Shown: one piece after another, positions 42,947-51,146 of the stretch
Numbering within the stretch: the first letter of the stretch is position 1
Layout: each line of letters begins with the position of its first letter
Notes under the pieces: generated by a model
The model's input: the letters and a program-made list of their open reading frames with translations, nothing else
Told to the model about the DNA's origin: nothing
Database searches by the model: none
NCBI GenBank assembly: GCA_031396725.1
Contig: JANNLH010000198.1
Coordinates: 2,685 to 66,684, forward strand
Origin: Gemmatimonadaceae bacterium
Lineage (GTDB): Bacteria; Gemmatimonadota; Gemmatimonadetes; Gemmatimonadales; Gemmatimonadaceae
Direction: 5' to 3'
DNA: 64,000 nucleotides
Made by a program: the position numbers and the translations under genes

Positions 42947-43049
42947 CAGTGGGGGGGACAGGTCTGGGCGGAAAACAGCGTCGGTGGGGCGAGTCCCATA
43001 CATACGCGTGAGCGCAGGTGACCGTTCGCGCTATTATCTTGCGCCCTGC

Positions 43050-43123
43050 GCCCCCGTAGCTCAGGTGGATAGAGCGACGGTTTCCTAAACCGCAGGCCGG
43101 CGGTTCGAGTCCGCCCGGGGGCA
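43050..43123 (+). tRNA. tRNA-Arg(CCT), CCA not encoded
   Basis: Acceptor GCCCCCG/CGGGGGC, D-arm GCTC/GAGC with GGATA, anticodon loop TTCCTAA (CCT 43084-43086), T-loop TTCGAGT. Confidence 0.95.
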
Positions 43124-43256
43124 TCGGCGGCTGCACCGCGGCTACACTCCGGGGGTGGCTGCGGCTAGCTTTACCGACGAGTACCATCAGGCACCAACAA
43201 GCTGCGCCGCTCCGGTCCCCCCGGCGGCGCTCCACTCATCCAAACTGCGTTCCGAC

Positions 43257-43910
43257 ATGACCAAGACTGGAGAGGCCGCGCGTCCGAGCCTCACACTCGA
43301 ACCGGAGTCGCTCGGCGACACGCTCGTTCGATATCAGCGGCCGATCCTGATCGGCGCCATCGTGCTCGTCGCCGGCCTGGGTGGTGTCTGGATGTGGCGC
43401 CGCTCGGCCGAGGTCAAGGAGTCCCGCGGCGCGGAGGCCTACGCGAGCGCCGAGGCCGCGTTCGGGGCCGGGAATACCGTGCTGGCGCAGCCGGAGCTCG
43501 AGAAGGTCGCGACGCGGTACGTCGGGACGGCGGCCGGTACCCAGGCGGCCATGCTGCTTGCGCAGATCCTCTTCGACGAGGGCAAGCACGCTGACGGGAT
43601 CGCCGGTCTGGAGCGGGCGCTGGCGTCCGCGCCGGAGGCCCTGCGGGCGGGAACTCAGGCGCTGATCGCCGCCGGCCAAGAGGCCTCCGGCAAGCCAGCC
43701 GAGGCCGCATCGGCGTACGAGCGCGCGGCCACCGCCGCCTCTTTCATCGAGGATCGCGAGATGTACCGGATGGAGGCTGCCCGAAATCACCTTGCGGCAG
43801 GGAACGCAGCTGCCGCCAAGGCGATTTACGAACAGATCGTGACTCGCGAGGACTCACCGTACGTTGGCGAGGCGAAGGTAAGGCTTGGCGAGCTAACATC
43901 TAAGGTGTAA
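43257..43910 (+). CDS. YfgM-like single-TM tetratricopeptide-repeat protein
   Basis: One N-terminal TM helix followed by Ala-rich helical TPR-like repeats ('YVGTAAGTQAAMLLAQILFDEGK'). Confidence 0.75.
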   Translation: MTKTGEAARPSLTLEPESLGDTLVRYQRPILIGAIVLVAGLGGVWMWRRSAEVKESRGAEAYASAEAAFGAGNTVLAQPELEKVATRYVGTAAGTQAAMLLAQILFDEGKHADGIAGLERALASAPEALRAGTQALIAAGQEASGKPAEAASAYERAATAASFIEDREMYRMEAARNHLAAGNAAAAKAIYEQIVTREDSPYVGEAKVRLGELTSKV

Positions 43911-43933
43911 GCATCTCAAGCTCTGAATGAGGT

Positions 43934-43971
43934 GAACGGGCCCGCGCAGACCGCGCGGGCCCGTTCTATTT
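43934..43971 (+). terminator. Intrinsic terminator, 14-bp perfect stem
   Basis: GAACGGGCCCGCGC-AGACC-GCGCGGGCCCGTTC then TATTT; lies between convergent genes. Confidence 0.8.
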
Positions 43972-44050
43972 CACGCCACTGAAGGGAAGTAGATGTCGCC
44001 TTGGTGACGCGGAAGCCGGACGCCTCCTGACAACTTCATACTTCCAGCTT

Positions 44051-44078
44051 ACTACTTATAATATGTATTATGTAAAGT
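44051..44078 (+). other. dif: XerCD dif recombination site (chromosome dimer resolution)
   Basis: ACTACTTATAA-TATGTA-TTATGTAAAGT: 11-6-11 architecture; 23/28 identical to B. subtilis dif as recalled (ACTTCCTAGAATATATATTATGTAAACT); intergenic AT island at the point where gene orientation converges. Confidence 0.85.
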
Positions 44079-44104
44079 AAGGGATGGGGATAACTCAAAG
44101 ATCT

Positions 44105-44923
44105 CTACAACTCGCGCAGCAGCCCCTCGAACACGATCCGACCCTCCCCTGATAGCGAAGGCAGGAGCCTGTCACCGGCCTGCCGGGTCGTGACCGTGAG
44201 GATCCGGCCCGACCGCGTCCGGATGGCCGTCTGGGAGGCGGTCTCCCCCCAGGCCTGAAGCAGCACGGCACACGCCACGGCTCCCGTACCGCAAGCCAGC
44301 GTCTCGGCCTCGACCCCACGTTCGTACGTCCGCATCGCCCAGCCGCCGCCAGACGCGGGCGCGACCCAGTTCACGTTGGCCCCCGCCTTGAGGCTCGGGT
44401 GATGCCGGAGTTCAGGCCCTCTCGCCTGAAGCGGGATCGCGTCCAGATCCGTCGTCCGGATGACCAGGTGCGGGACGCCCGAGTCCACGAATCCGAGCCG
44501 CTCCTCGCCTGCCTGCCGAGGGATCGCTGTCGCTGGAATGAGGCCGGTCGGCGGCTGAAGGTCGATCTCAGGAGCGCCGTCCCGGATCCGCGCGATGATC
44601 ACGCCCGCGTCCGTCTGGAACGTCAGCCCCTCCGCGTTCGCCATGCCCAGTTCGACCGCAAGGCGGGTGGCGCAGAGCGAGGCGTTGCCGCAGAGCTCGC
44701 CGAGGCTCCCGTCACGGTTGAAGTATCGCAGCCTAAAGTCTTGTGTAGCATCTACTTCAAGGATTGCCACCCCGTCCGCACCGACGCCCGTGTGCGGGGT
44801 GCAGACCTCGCGAACGAACTCGGGCGAGCTCCACTTCACACCTGCCGATCGGTCCGCTCGGGCGTCCACGAAGACGAAGTCGTTCCCCGACCCCGACATC
44901 TTCCAGAACTTCATGGCCTTCAT
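44105..44923 (-). CDS. dapF: Diaminopimelate epimerase
   Basis: 'KMSGSGNDF', 'LCGNASLC', 'DSGVPH', 'NVNW', 'RTYERGVEAETLACGTGA'; ATGA overlap with upstream gene. Confidence 0.93.
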   Translation of the reverse strand: MKAMKFWKMSGSGNDFVFVDARADRSAGVKWSSPEFVREVCTPHTGVGADGVAILEVDATQDFRLRYFNRDGSLGELCGNASLCATRLAVELGMANAEGLTFQTDAGVIIARIRDGAPEIDLQPPTGLIPATAIPRQAGEERLGFVDSGVPHLVIRTTDLDAIPLQARGPELRHHPSLKAGANVNWVAPASGGGWAMRTYERGVEAETLACGTGAVACAVLLQAWGETASQTAIRTRSGRILTVTTRQAGDRLLPSLSGEGRIVFEGLLREL

Positions 44924-45642
44924 ACCCGCCCCGTCAGCGCCCACCAGCGCAGCCGCCAGACCATCAGCACAGCCTCGCGCACGATGTGTCCGCTCATCTT
45001 GCTCTCGCCCTCGGTCCGGTCGGCGAACACGATCGGGATCTCGATCGGCTTGAATCCCTTCCGCATCGCACGGAACGTCATCTCGATCTGGAAGGCGTAG
45101 CCGTTGGAGCGGACATCCTCGAGGTCGATCGCGGCCAGCACGCGCCTGTGAAAGCACTTGAACCCGCCCGTGGCGTCCCAGAGCTTCATCCCGGTCACGA
45201 TGCGCGCGTAGATGTTGGCCCCATAGCTCAGCATCAGTCGCGTCATCGGCCAGTTCACGACCGTGACCTTGCCGTTCAGGTAGCGCGAGCCGAGCACGAA
45301 GTCCGCCGTCTCCGCGGCCTTGAGGAACTCCGGCAGGTGCACGGGATCGTGGCTGAAATCGGCGTCCATCTCGAAGATCAGCTCGTAGTCCCGCTGGAGT
45401 GCCCAGCGGAAGCCGTCCCGGTAGGCGGTGCCGAGCCCGAGCTTCCCCGGACGCCGCAGCAGGTGGACCCTCGCGTTGGTCTTGGTCAGCGACTCGATGA
45501 GGTCGCCGGTCCCGTCGGGCGAGTTGTCGTCCACGAACAGCATCTCGATCCGCGGATCCTGGGCCAGCACCCGCTCCACGAGCGTCGGCACATTCGGTCG
45601 CTCGTTGTACGTGGGCGTGATGACGAGCGCGCGTTCAGCCAT
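44920..45642 (-). CDS. Polyprenol-phosphate glycosyltransferase (Ppm1/DPM1-like GT2)
   Basis: 'ITPTYNE', 'VDDNSPDGTG', 'KLGLGTAY', 'EMDADFSHDP', 'GSRY', 'DATGGFK', 'SNGYAFQIE'. Confidence 0.9.
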   Translation of the reverse strand: MAERALVITPTYNERPNVPTLVERVLAQDPRIEMLFVDDNSPDGTGDLIESLTKTNARVHLLRRPGKLGLGTAYRDGFRWALQRDYELIFEMDADFSHDPVHLPEFLKAAETADFVLGSRYLNGKVTVVNWPMTRLMLSYGANIYARIVTGMKLWDATGGFKCFHRRVLAAIDLEDVRSNGYAFQIEMTFRAMRKGFKPIEIPIVFADRTEGESKMSGHIVREAVLMVWRLRWWALTGRV

Positions 45643-48025
45643 TCGAATGGGCTCTTCCGCGGGAGCGACCGAAGGCCAGCCCCGCCCCGACCGCGAGCAG
45701 CGAGAGCGCCAGCGCCACGAGCGTGATGCGCTTGCCGGAGTGGTACGGCGCTGAATCGAAGGTGAACTCGACCTTCCGGGCGCCGGCCGGCAGCGCAACC
45801 GCCATCAGCGAGAGATTCGCGCGCTCGGCCTTGGCCGGTTGACCGTCAACCGTCGCCGTCCAGCCCGGATAGTAGTTCTCCGAGACAACGAGCGCCGAAC
45901 CGGCGGGTGCGGGCGAATCCAGGTCGAGCGAGAACCGTCCCGGCGCGTACGCCGAGGCGGTCACCTTGATGGTCAGCGGCGCGGGCATCCCGCTGATCGT
46001 GACGGCCGGCGTGGACGAGGCGGTGTCGATCAGCGCCACTGCGCGATACGGGAAGGTCGGGACCCGCGTCGCCTCGGTGACGGACGCATCCGGGTACTTC
46101 GCGATGACCGGCGCGACCCAGGCGAACGGATGCTCGCCGGGAAGTTCGAACAGCGAGACCATCGTGCCCGCCGCGTTGCGCACCGGGCCCGCGACCCGCT
46201 TGATGTCCGGTCCCGGGAGTGAGTCGACGTTCGTATAGAGGTACTTCACGTTCGCGAGACCCCAGAACGCCGGGTTCCCCATCTGCGCGTAGTTGCGCTC
46301 CTTGTCGCCAAGCAGCTGATAGCGGCCGAGCTCGTTGCCGTGGTAGCCGGTCGCGATGCGGATGCGATGCGTCATGAGTCCGTCGCCGAAGAGCGCGGGA
46401 TCGTGGTAGGCCGCGCCCTCGGCCAGCGCCGTCGTGATGACGCGGACCGGCTGCGGCTCCCGCTTGATGTGCTCAATGACCGCATCGCTCGCGTAGATCT
46501 CGGCGGCCGGCGCCGAGAAGCGGAAGTACTGCCGCTCGACGCTCCAGAGGTCGGCGACCGTGAGCGCCGCGAGCGCCCAGCCGGCAAGCGCGGGCGTGAG
46601 GCGCTTCACGCCGAGCATCCAGACGACGAGCACCGTGCCGGCGAGGAAGATGAAGGAGCGCCACGCCCCCGCCATCAGGTTCGCGTCGTTCAAGCTCACG
46701 CGATCCGCCTGCTGGGGTAGCGCGATCGTCAGCGCCATCGCCTGGAGCGCGCCCACGCTCGCGAGGAGCGCGATCGCGCCGCCCGCGCCGAGCGCCGCAA
46801 GGCACCAGCGGCGGGTCACCTGCCCCGCGAGCGCGCGCTCGGTGCCCATCGCGGCGAGCACGGCCACGGCGAAGGTCGCGATGAAGAAGATCGTGCTCGG
46901 CGCTCGGAAGAACTGCGAACCCGGCACGATCGCGTAGACGAGCCGATAGAACGGCGTGTTGCCGCCGAGCGCCCAGAGCAGCGAGATGACCAGCACGCCC
47001 GTCCAGAACCAGAGCATGCGGCGGCGCGCCGGGATCGCGAAGGCGCCGCCGAAGGCGAGCGCCGCGAGGAAGAGCACCCCCGCCCCGAGATACTCGGAGT
47101 GGAAGTGGATCACGTTCCGCCCCCAGTAGTTCTCGAGGACCCCGGTGAACTGCGGCAGGTAGGTGTTGAAGAGTTCCTCGATCGGCATCGAGAAGCTGGT
47201 GGCGTACGTGTAGTCGCGGCCGCCGGCCCGCGGCGACCACTCCACGTACTCGCGCACCGGCAGGTACTGGATCGCGCCGATGGTCATGCCGAGCAGCACC
47301 GCCCCGAACGCGAGCCCGAGCCGCGTGAGCGCGGTCCGCGTCGCGAGCTTCGACTCCCCCGCCCCGCCGAACGCCAGCATCAGCGCCCACGCGCCGCTCG
47401 CGAGCAGCAGGTACTGGAGCAGCTGCGGGTGCGGCGAGAGCACGCCGAGTCCCACGATCAGCGCGAGCACACCCCACGCCCATCGCTTCGCATCGCGGAT
47501 GCCCCAGGTGAGCACGAGCAGCGTGACCGGGAGGAGCGCCGAGACGAACAGCTTGCCGTCGTGCCCGGGCGAGACGAGCGAGGCCACCTGGCCGCTCATC
47601 ATGTACGCGATCCCGCCGACGAGCGCCGCGTGGAATCCGATCCCGATCGCGCGCAGGAACGCGTAGCCGGCGACGCCGGCGAGCATCAGGTGGAGGATCA
47701 TCCCCCAGGTCATCGCCACGTCGGTCGGCAGGACCATCCGCAGCAGGAACGTCGGATAGAAGATGTCGCCGTGCATCGCGGCGACGTACGGCATCCCGCC
47801 GAAGAGATACGGGTTCCAAAGCGGGAACGCGCCGGAATCCCGCAGGGTCGCCGCGGCGTACTCGCGGAACGCATAGCCGGCGATGTACTGGTCGCTGACC
47901 GGATTGACGAGGAATCCGCCGGAGAGCGCCGGGTAGGCGAGCGTCAGCGCGGCGACGACGCAGGCGAGCGTTGCCCAGCCGAACGCGAAACGGGGGGCCG
48001 GCGGCAAGGAGGACGTGGCGTTCAT
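45635..48025 (-). CDS. YfhO-family polytopic membrane protein (GT-C-like)
   Basis: 796 aa, ~12 TM, 'SDQY...PLWNPYLFGGMP', C-terminal 'SENYYPGWTATVDG'. Confidence 0.8.
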   Translation of the reverse strand: MNATSSLPPAPRFAFGWATLACVVAALTLAYPALSGGFLVNPVSDQYIAGYAFREYAAATLRDSGAFPLWNPYLFGGMPYVAAMHGDIFYPTFLLRMVLPTDVAMTWGMILHLMLAGVAGYAFLRAIGIGFHAALVGGIAYMMSGQVASLVSPGHDGKLFVSALLPVTLLVLTWGIRDAKRWAWGVLALIVGLGVLSPHPQLLQYLLLASGAWALMLAFGGAGESKLATRTALTRLGLAFGAVLLGMTIGAIQYLPVREYVEWSPRAGGRDYTYATSFSMPIEELFNTYLPQFTGVLENYWGRNVIHFHSEYLGAGVLFLAALAFGGAFAIPARRRMLWFWTGVLVISLLWALGGNTPFYRLVYAIVPGSQFFRAPSTIFFIATFAVAVLAAMGTERALAGQVTRRWCLAALGAGGAIALLASVGALQAMALTIALPQQADRVSLNDANLMAGAWRSFIFLAGTVLVVWMLGVKRLTPALAGWALAALTVADLWSVERQYFRFSAPAAEIYASDAVIEHIKREPQPVRVITTALAEGAAYHDPALFGDGLMTHRIRIATGYHGNELGRYQLLGDKERNYAQMGNPAFWGLANVKYLYTNVDSLPGPDIKRVAGPVRNAAGTMVSLFELPGEHPFAWVAPVIAKYPDASVTEATRVPTFPYRAVALIDTASSTPAVTISGMPAPLTIKVTASAYAPGRFSLDLDSPAPAGSALVVSENYYPGWTATVDGQPAKAERANLSLMAVALPAGARKVEFTFDSAPYHSGKRITLVALALSLLAVGAGLAFGRSRGRAHSNG

Positions 48026-49023
48026 CTCGAGGGAGTCGGGGCGTTGCGCACGATGCGGGGCCGGGCGAGGAAGAGCAGCCCGGGGACGATCTCCAGCACC
48101 GTCAGCCAGAGCCGGGAGGCGATCACGAGCACGGCCGCGGCCGGGGCGCCGGTCAGCCCGGCGCTCACCAGCAGCGCCGCCATCGACACGTCACGGACCC
48201 CGATCCCGCCGGGGGCGAACAGGGCGATGAAACCGAGCAGGTAGGACAGCGTGAAAACTGCCACGTACGAGGCCGCTTCTCCAGAGGATGGGCCGAGCAG
48301 CGCGATCGCGAGTTCGCGGAAGGCGAGCCCGTAGAGCGTCCACGCAACGGCGCACCCGGCGGCCGCGATCCAGATCGCGCTCGGCGGCAGGTGCGGGGCC
48401 GTCACCGGTCGGCCGGTCACGCGGCCGATCAGTATGATGAGCCGTGGCAGGATCCAGGGGAGCGCGAGCACCGCGAGTCCCAGCAACACGAGCACCGCGG
48501 GAAGCGCTCCCGCGTCGGGCAGGAGCCCCGCGAAGAGTTCGCGTCCGGTCAGCGCGACGACCCCGAACCCCACGAGCACGTTGACGAGCGAGATGACGAG
48601 CGCCGAGCCGACGGCGGCGACCGGGCTCACCCCAGCCTCCTGCGCCATCACGCCCATCGCGCCGATCTGCCAGACCTTCCCCGGGACATAGCGTCCGAGG
48701 TTCGAGACGAACCAGATCCGCGCCGCGGTCCGGGGATCGAGTCGCTCCCCCCACGCCGCCACCGTCGCGCGCCAGGTCGCGATCAGGACCGCGTAGCTCA
48801 CGAGCACGATCCCGGCGGAACCCGCGACGCGCGGCCAGGAGGGATCGAGCTGCGCACGAAGCGCCGCGATCCCGGACCACTGATCCGCGAGCAGCAGCGC
48901 GGCGAAGACGAGCACCGCGACCACGAAGAGGAGTTGCAGCGCTGGGCGCAGCGTCCCGCGGCGCGGCGCGCGGCGCGGCGCGGGACGCGGCGCGGGACGC
49001 GGCTCACTCACGCTATCGCGCAT
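48022..49023 (-). CDS. Lysylphosphatidylglycerol-synthase TM / flippase-like membrane protein (UPF0104)
   Basis: 'SNLGRYVPGKVW', 'FAPGGIGVRD', 'SRLW'; start ATG 49023 or GTG 49011. Confidence 0.75.
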   Translation of the reverse strand: MRDSVSEPRPAPRPAPRRAPRRGTLRPALQLLFVVAVLVFAALLLADQWSGIAALRAQLDPSWPRVAGSAGIVLVSYAVLIATWRATVAAWGERLDPRTAARIWFVSNLGRYVPGKVWQIGAMGVMAQEAGVSPVAAVGSALVISLVNVLVGFGVVALTGRELFAGLLPDAGALPAVLVLLGLAVLALPWILPRLIILIGRVTGRPVTAPHLPPSAIWIAAAGCAVAWTLYGLAFRELAIALLGPSSGEAASYVAVFTLSYLLGFIALFAPGGIGVRDVSMAALLVSAGLTGAPAAAVLVIASRLWLTVLEIVPGLLFLARPRIVRNAPTPSR

Positions 49024-50182
49024 GACCGAGCACCGAGCGGTAGACCTCGCGGTAGCCTGCGGCGACCGCGCTCGGCGAGAAGCGGTCCACCATCCGCGCG
49101 CGCGCCGCGGCGCCATGACCGACGACGGCGGCGGGGTCCGCATCGGTCGCCTGGATCGCGTTCGCGAGCGCGCGGATCTCCCCGGGCGTCACCAGCACCC
49201 CACCCCACTCGGGACTGACGACGTCCGGCAGTCCGCCGGAGCGATAGGCGATGACGGGCGTCCGGCAGAGCTGCGCCTCCACCGCGACGAGACCGAGCCC
49301 CTCGTTGCGGGACGGCACCACGAGCGCCTGCGCACGGCGGTAGAGCACCGGGAGCTCGGTGCGTGGCACGGCGCCGAGCCAGTGCACGCGGCCGCCGATG
49401 CCGAGGCGGTCGGCCTGCGCCCTGAACACGGCCGCGTCGTCGCCCGCGCCCACGACGTCGAGCGACAGGTGCGGCGGGGTCCACGCGAGCGCCTCGAGCA
49501 GGTCGCCCAGGCCCTTCTGTGCATTGAGCCGACCCACGAAGAGGAAGCGGCCGGGGACGCGGTCCGCGTTCCCCGCCGTGAAGAGCGCGACGTCGGCCGG
49601 CATCGGCGCGACCGAGATCCGCGCGTCCGGCGCCATCGCCCGCGCCTCTCCGGCGAGCCATGACGACACCGCCGTCGCGGCGTTGGAGCGCGCCATCACC
49701 TTGCGGAAGATCGGATGCACGATGCGGACGCGGCGCGCGAGGCGCACGTCGGATCCGTGCATCGTGGTCACGAGCGGCACCTTCCCCGCCCCGCCCAGCG
49801 CCAGCAGGCCCGCCGGGAACCACCATTGGGCGTGCACCACGTCGGGCGTGAAGTCGTCGAGCTGGCGATTGACCGCGACGCTGCCCGCGGTGAGCAGACC
49901 GGCCAGCGCGCCCTTCCCCTTCAGCGACCCGAGCACCTGCTCGGCCATCGTCCCGGTGTAGGCGAGCGACTCCATCCCGCGCGGCGCGTAGCGGAATCGG
50001 CGCACGGGGATCCCCTCGATCTCGCCTGCTGGGGCGAGCCCTTCGGCGGAGGGTGCCAGGACGCGCACGTTGCAGCCGCCGGCGCGCAGCGCGACCGCGA
50101 GCCGGTGAAGGAACGAGCCGGCCGCATCGTCCGCGAATCGTGGATACGCGTGGGTGACGAACAGGACGCGCGGGCCGGTCAT
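49013..50182 (-). CDS. GT4 family glycosyltransferase
   Basis: 'FVGRLNAQKG', 'PSRNEGLGLVAVEAQ', 'SGGLPDVV'. Confidence 0.88.
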   Translation of the reverse strand: MTGPRVLFVTHAYPRFADDAAGSFLHRLAVALRAGGCNVRVLAPSAEGLAPAGEIEGIPVRRFRYAPRGMESLAYTGTMAEQVLGSLKGKGALAGLLTAGSVAVNRQLDDFTPDVVHAQWWFPAGLLALGGAGKVPLVTTMHGSDVRLARRVRIVHPIFRKVMARSNAATAVSSWLAGEARAMAPDARISVAPMPADVALFTAGNADRVPGRFLFVGRLNAQKGLGDLLEALAWTPPHLSLDVVGAGDDAAVFRAQADRLGIGGRVHWLGAVPRTELPVLYRRAQALVVPSRNEGLGLVAVEAQLCRTPVIAYRSGGLPDVVSPEWGGVLVTPGEIRALANAIQATDADPAAVVGHGAAARARMVDRFSPSAVAAGYREVYRSVLGHAR

Positions 50183-50189
50183 GGACCGG

Positions 50190-51146
50190 TCATCGGCTGC
50201 GGTCGCCTTGCTTCACCTCGTCGAGGAGCCGCCGCAGTTCGCGCTGCTCGGCGCGCGTCACGGCGATCTGCTCGCCGAGGAGGCCGGTCGCGAAGAAGAT
50301 CGAGCCGAGCAGGAGGCAGGTCTGGATCAGCGTCCAGACCCAGCGCAGGCCGATGCCGTTCGTGAGCAGCAGCACCAGCGCCACCACGCCCGCGAGCACG
50401 CCGAGCGCGAAGAGCCCGGCGCCGAGCATCCCGAACGCGAGGAGCGGCTTCTGGCCGAACCGGAGCTCGAACCAGACCGCGAGCATGTCGAGCACGCCGA
50501 CCGGGATGCGGCCGATGCCGAACTTCGATCGCCCGGCGTGGCGGGGATAGAGCGGCACCGGGATCTCGGTGACCGTGTACCCCTTGGCGTGCGCGAGCAC
50601 GATCATGTACCGGTGCCAGTCGGGCCGGGCCGGCTGGTCGTCCATGATCTCGCGGCGGTACGCCTTCACGTTGTTGAGGTCGCGGACCGGCACGTCGAAG
50701 AGCGCCCGCGAGAGGCCGTTGTAGATCTTCGAGACGAAGGCCTTCTCGTACGCCCCCTGCTTGAAGCCCGTCACCATGTCGGACTCGCCGGCCAGGATCG
50801 GGCGCACGAGCCGCGGGATGTCCTCGGGCTTGAACTGCAGGTCGGCGGGATAGAACACCAGCACCTCGCCGCGCGCGGCGAGGTAGCCGGTGCGGAGCGC
50901 GTCGGCGATGCCGCGCTGCGCGCGGTGCCGCACGGTACGCAGGAACGGATAGCGCGCGGTGAGCGCCTCGAGCACCTGCGGGGTCCCGTCGTCCGATCCG
51001 TCGTCCACGACGATCACCTCGTAGCCGACCGGCTCGTCGGCGAACGCCTCCGCGCAGAGTTCGAGGAACAGGGGCAGGTTCTCGGCCTCGTCCTTCGCCG
51101 GGACCAGGACGGAGACGACGGGTCGCTCGGTGATCGCGAGGCTCAC
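50190..51146 (-). CDS. GT2 glycosyltransferase with two C-terminal TM helices (GtrB/ArnC-like)
   Basis: GTGA overlap with rpoN stop; 'LVPAKDEAENL', 'VDDGSDDGT', 'YPADLQ', 'GRSKFG', C-terminal TM pair. Confidence 0.85.
   Translation of the reverse strand: MSLAITERPVVSVLVPAKDEAENLPLFLELCAEAFADEPVGYEVIVVDDGSDDGTPQVLEALTARYPFLRTVRHRAQRGIADALRTGYLAARGEVLVFYPADLQFKPEDIPRLVRPILAGESDMVTGFKQGAYEKAFVSKIYNGLSRALFDVPVRDLNNVKAYRREIMDDQPARPDWHRYMIVLAHAKGYTVTEIPVPLYPRHAGRSKFGIGRIPVGVLDMLAVWFELRFGQKPLLAFGMLGAGLFALGVLAGVVALVLLLTNGIGLRWVWTLIQTCLLLGSIFFATGLLGEQIAVTRAEQRELRRLLDEVKQGDRSR

Noticed and set aside
43189-43205. Sigma54-like AGGCAC...CTGC upstream of the TPR gene
   Set aside because: GG-to-GC spacing is 12 nt rather than the required 10.
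43050-44100. Genomic island or prophage integrated at tRNA-Arg
   Set aside because: No duplicated tRNA 3' end, integrase or phage genes are seen. Flanking genes are ordinary, and the low-GC patch is better explained by dif.
48951-49002. 12-nt repeats encoding PRPAPRPAPRRAPRR at the N-terminus of the UPF0104 protein, and the GPG/poly-Gly linker of the RND adaptor
   Set aside because: Low-complexity linker expansions with no evidence of phase variation (lengths are multiples of 3).
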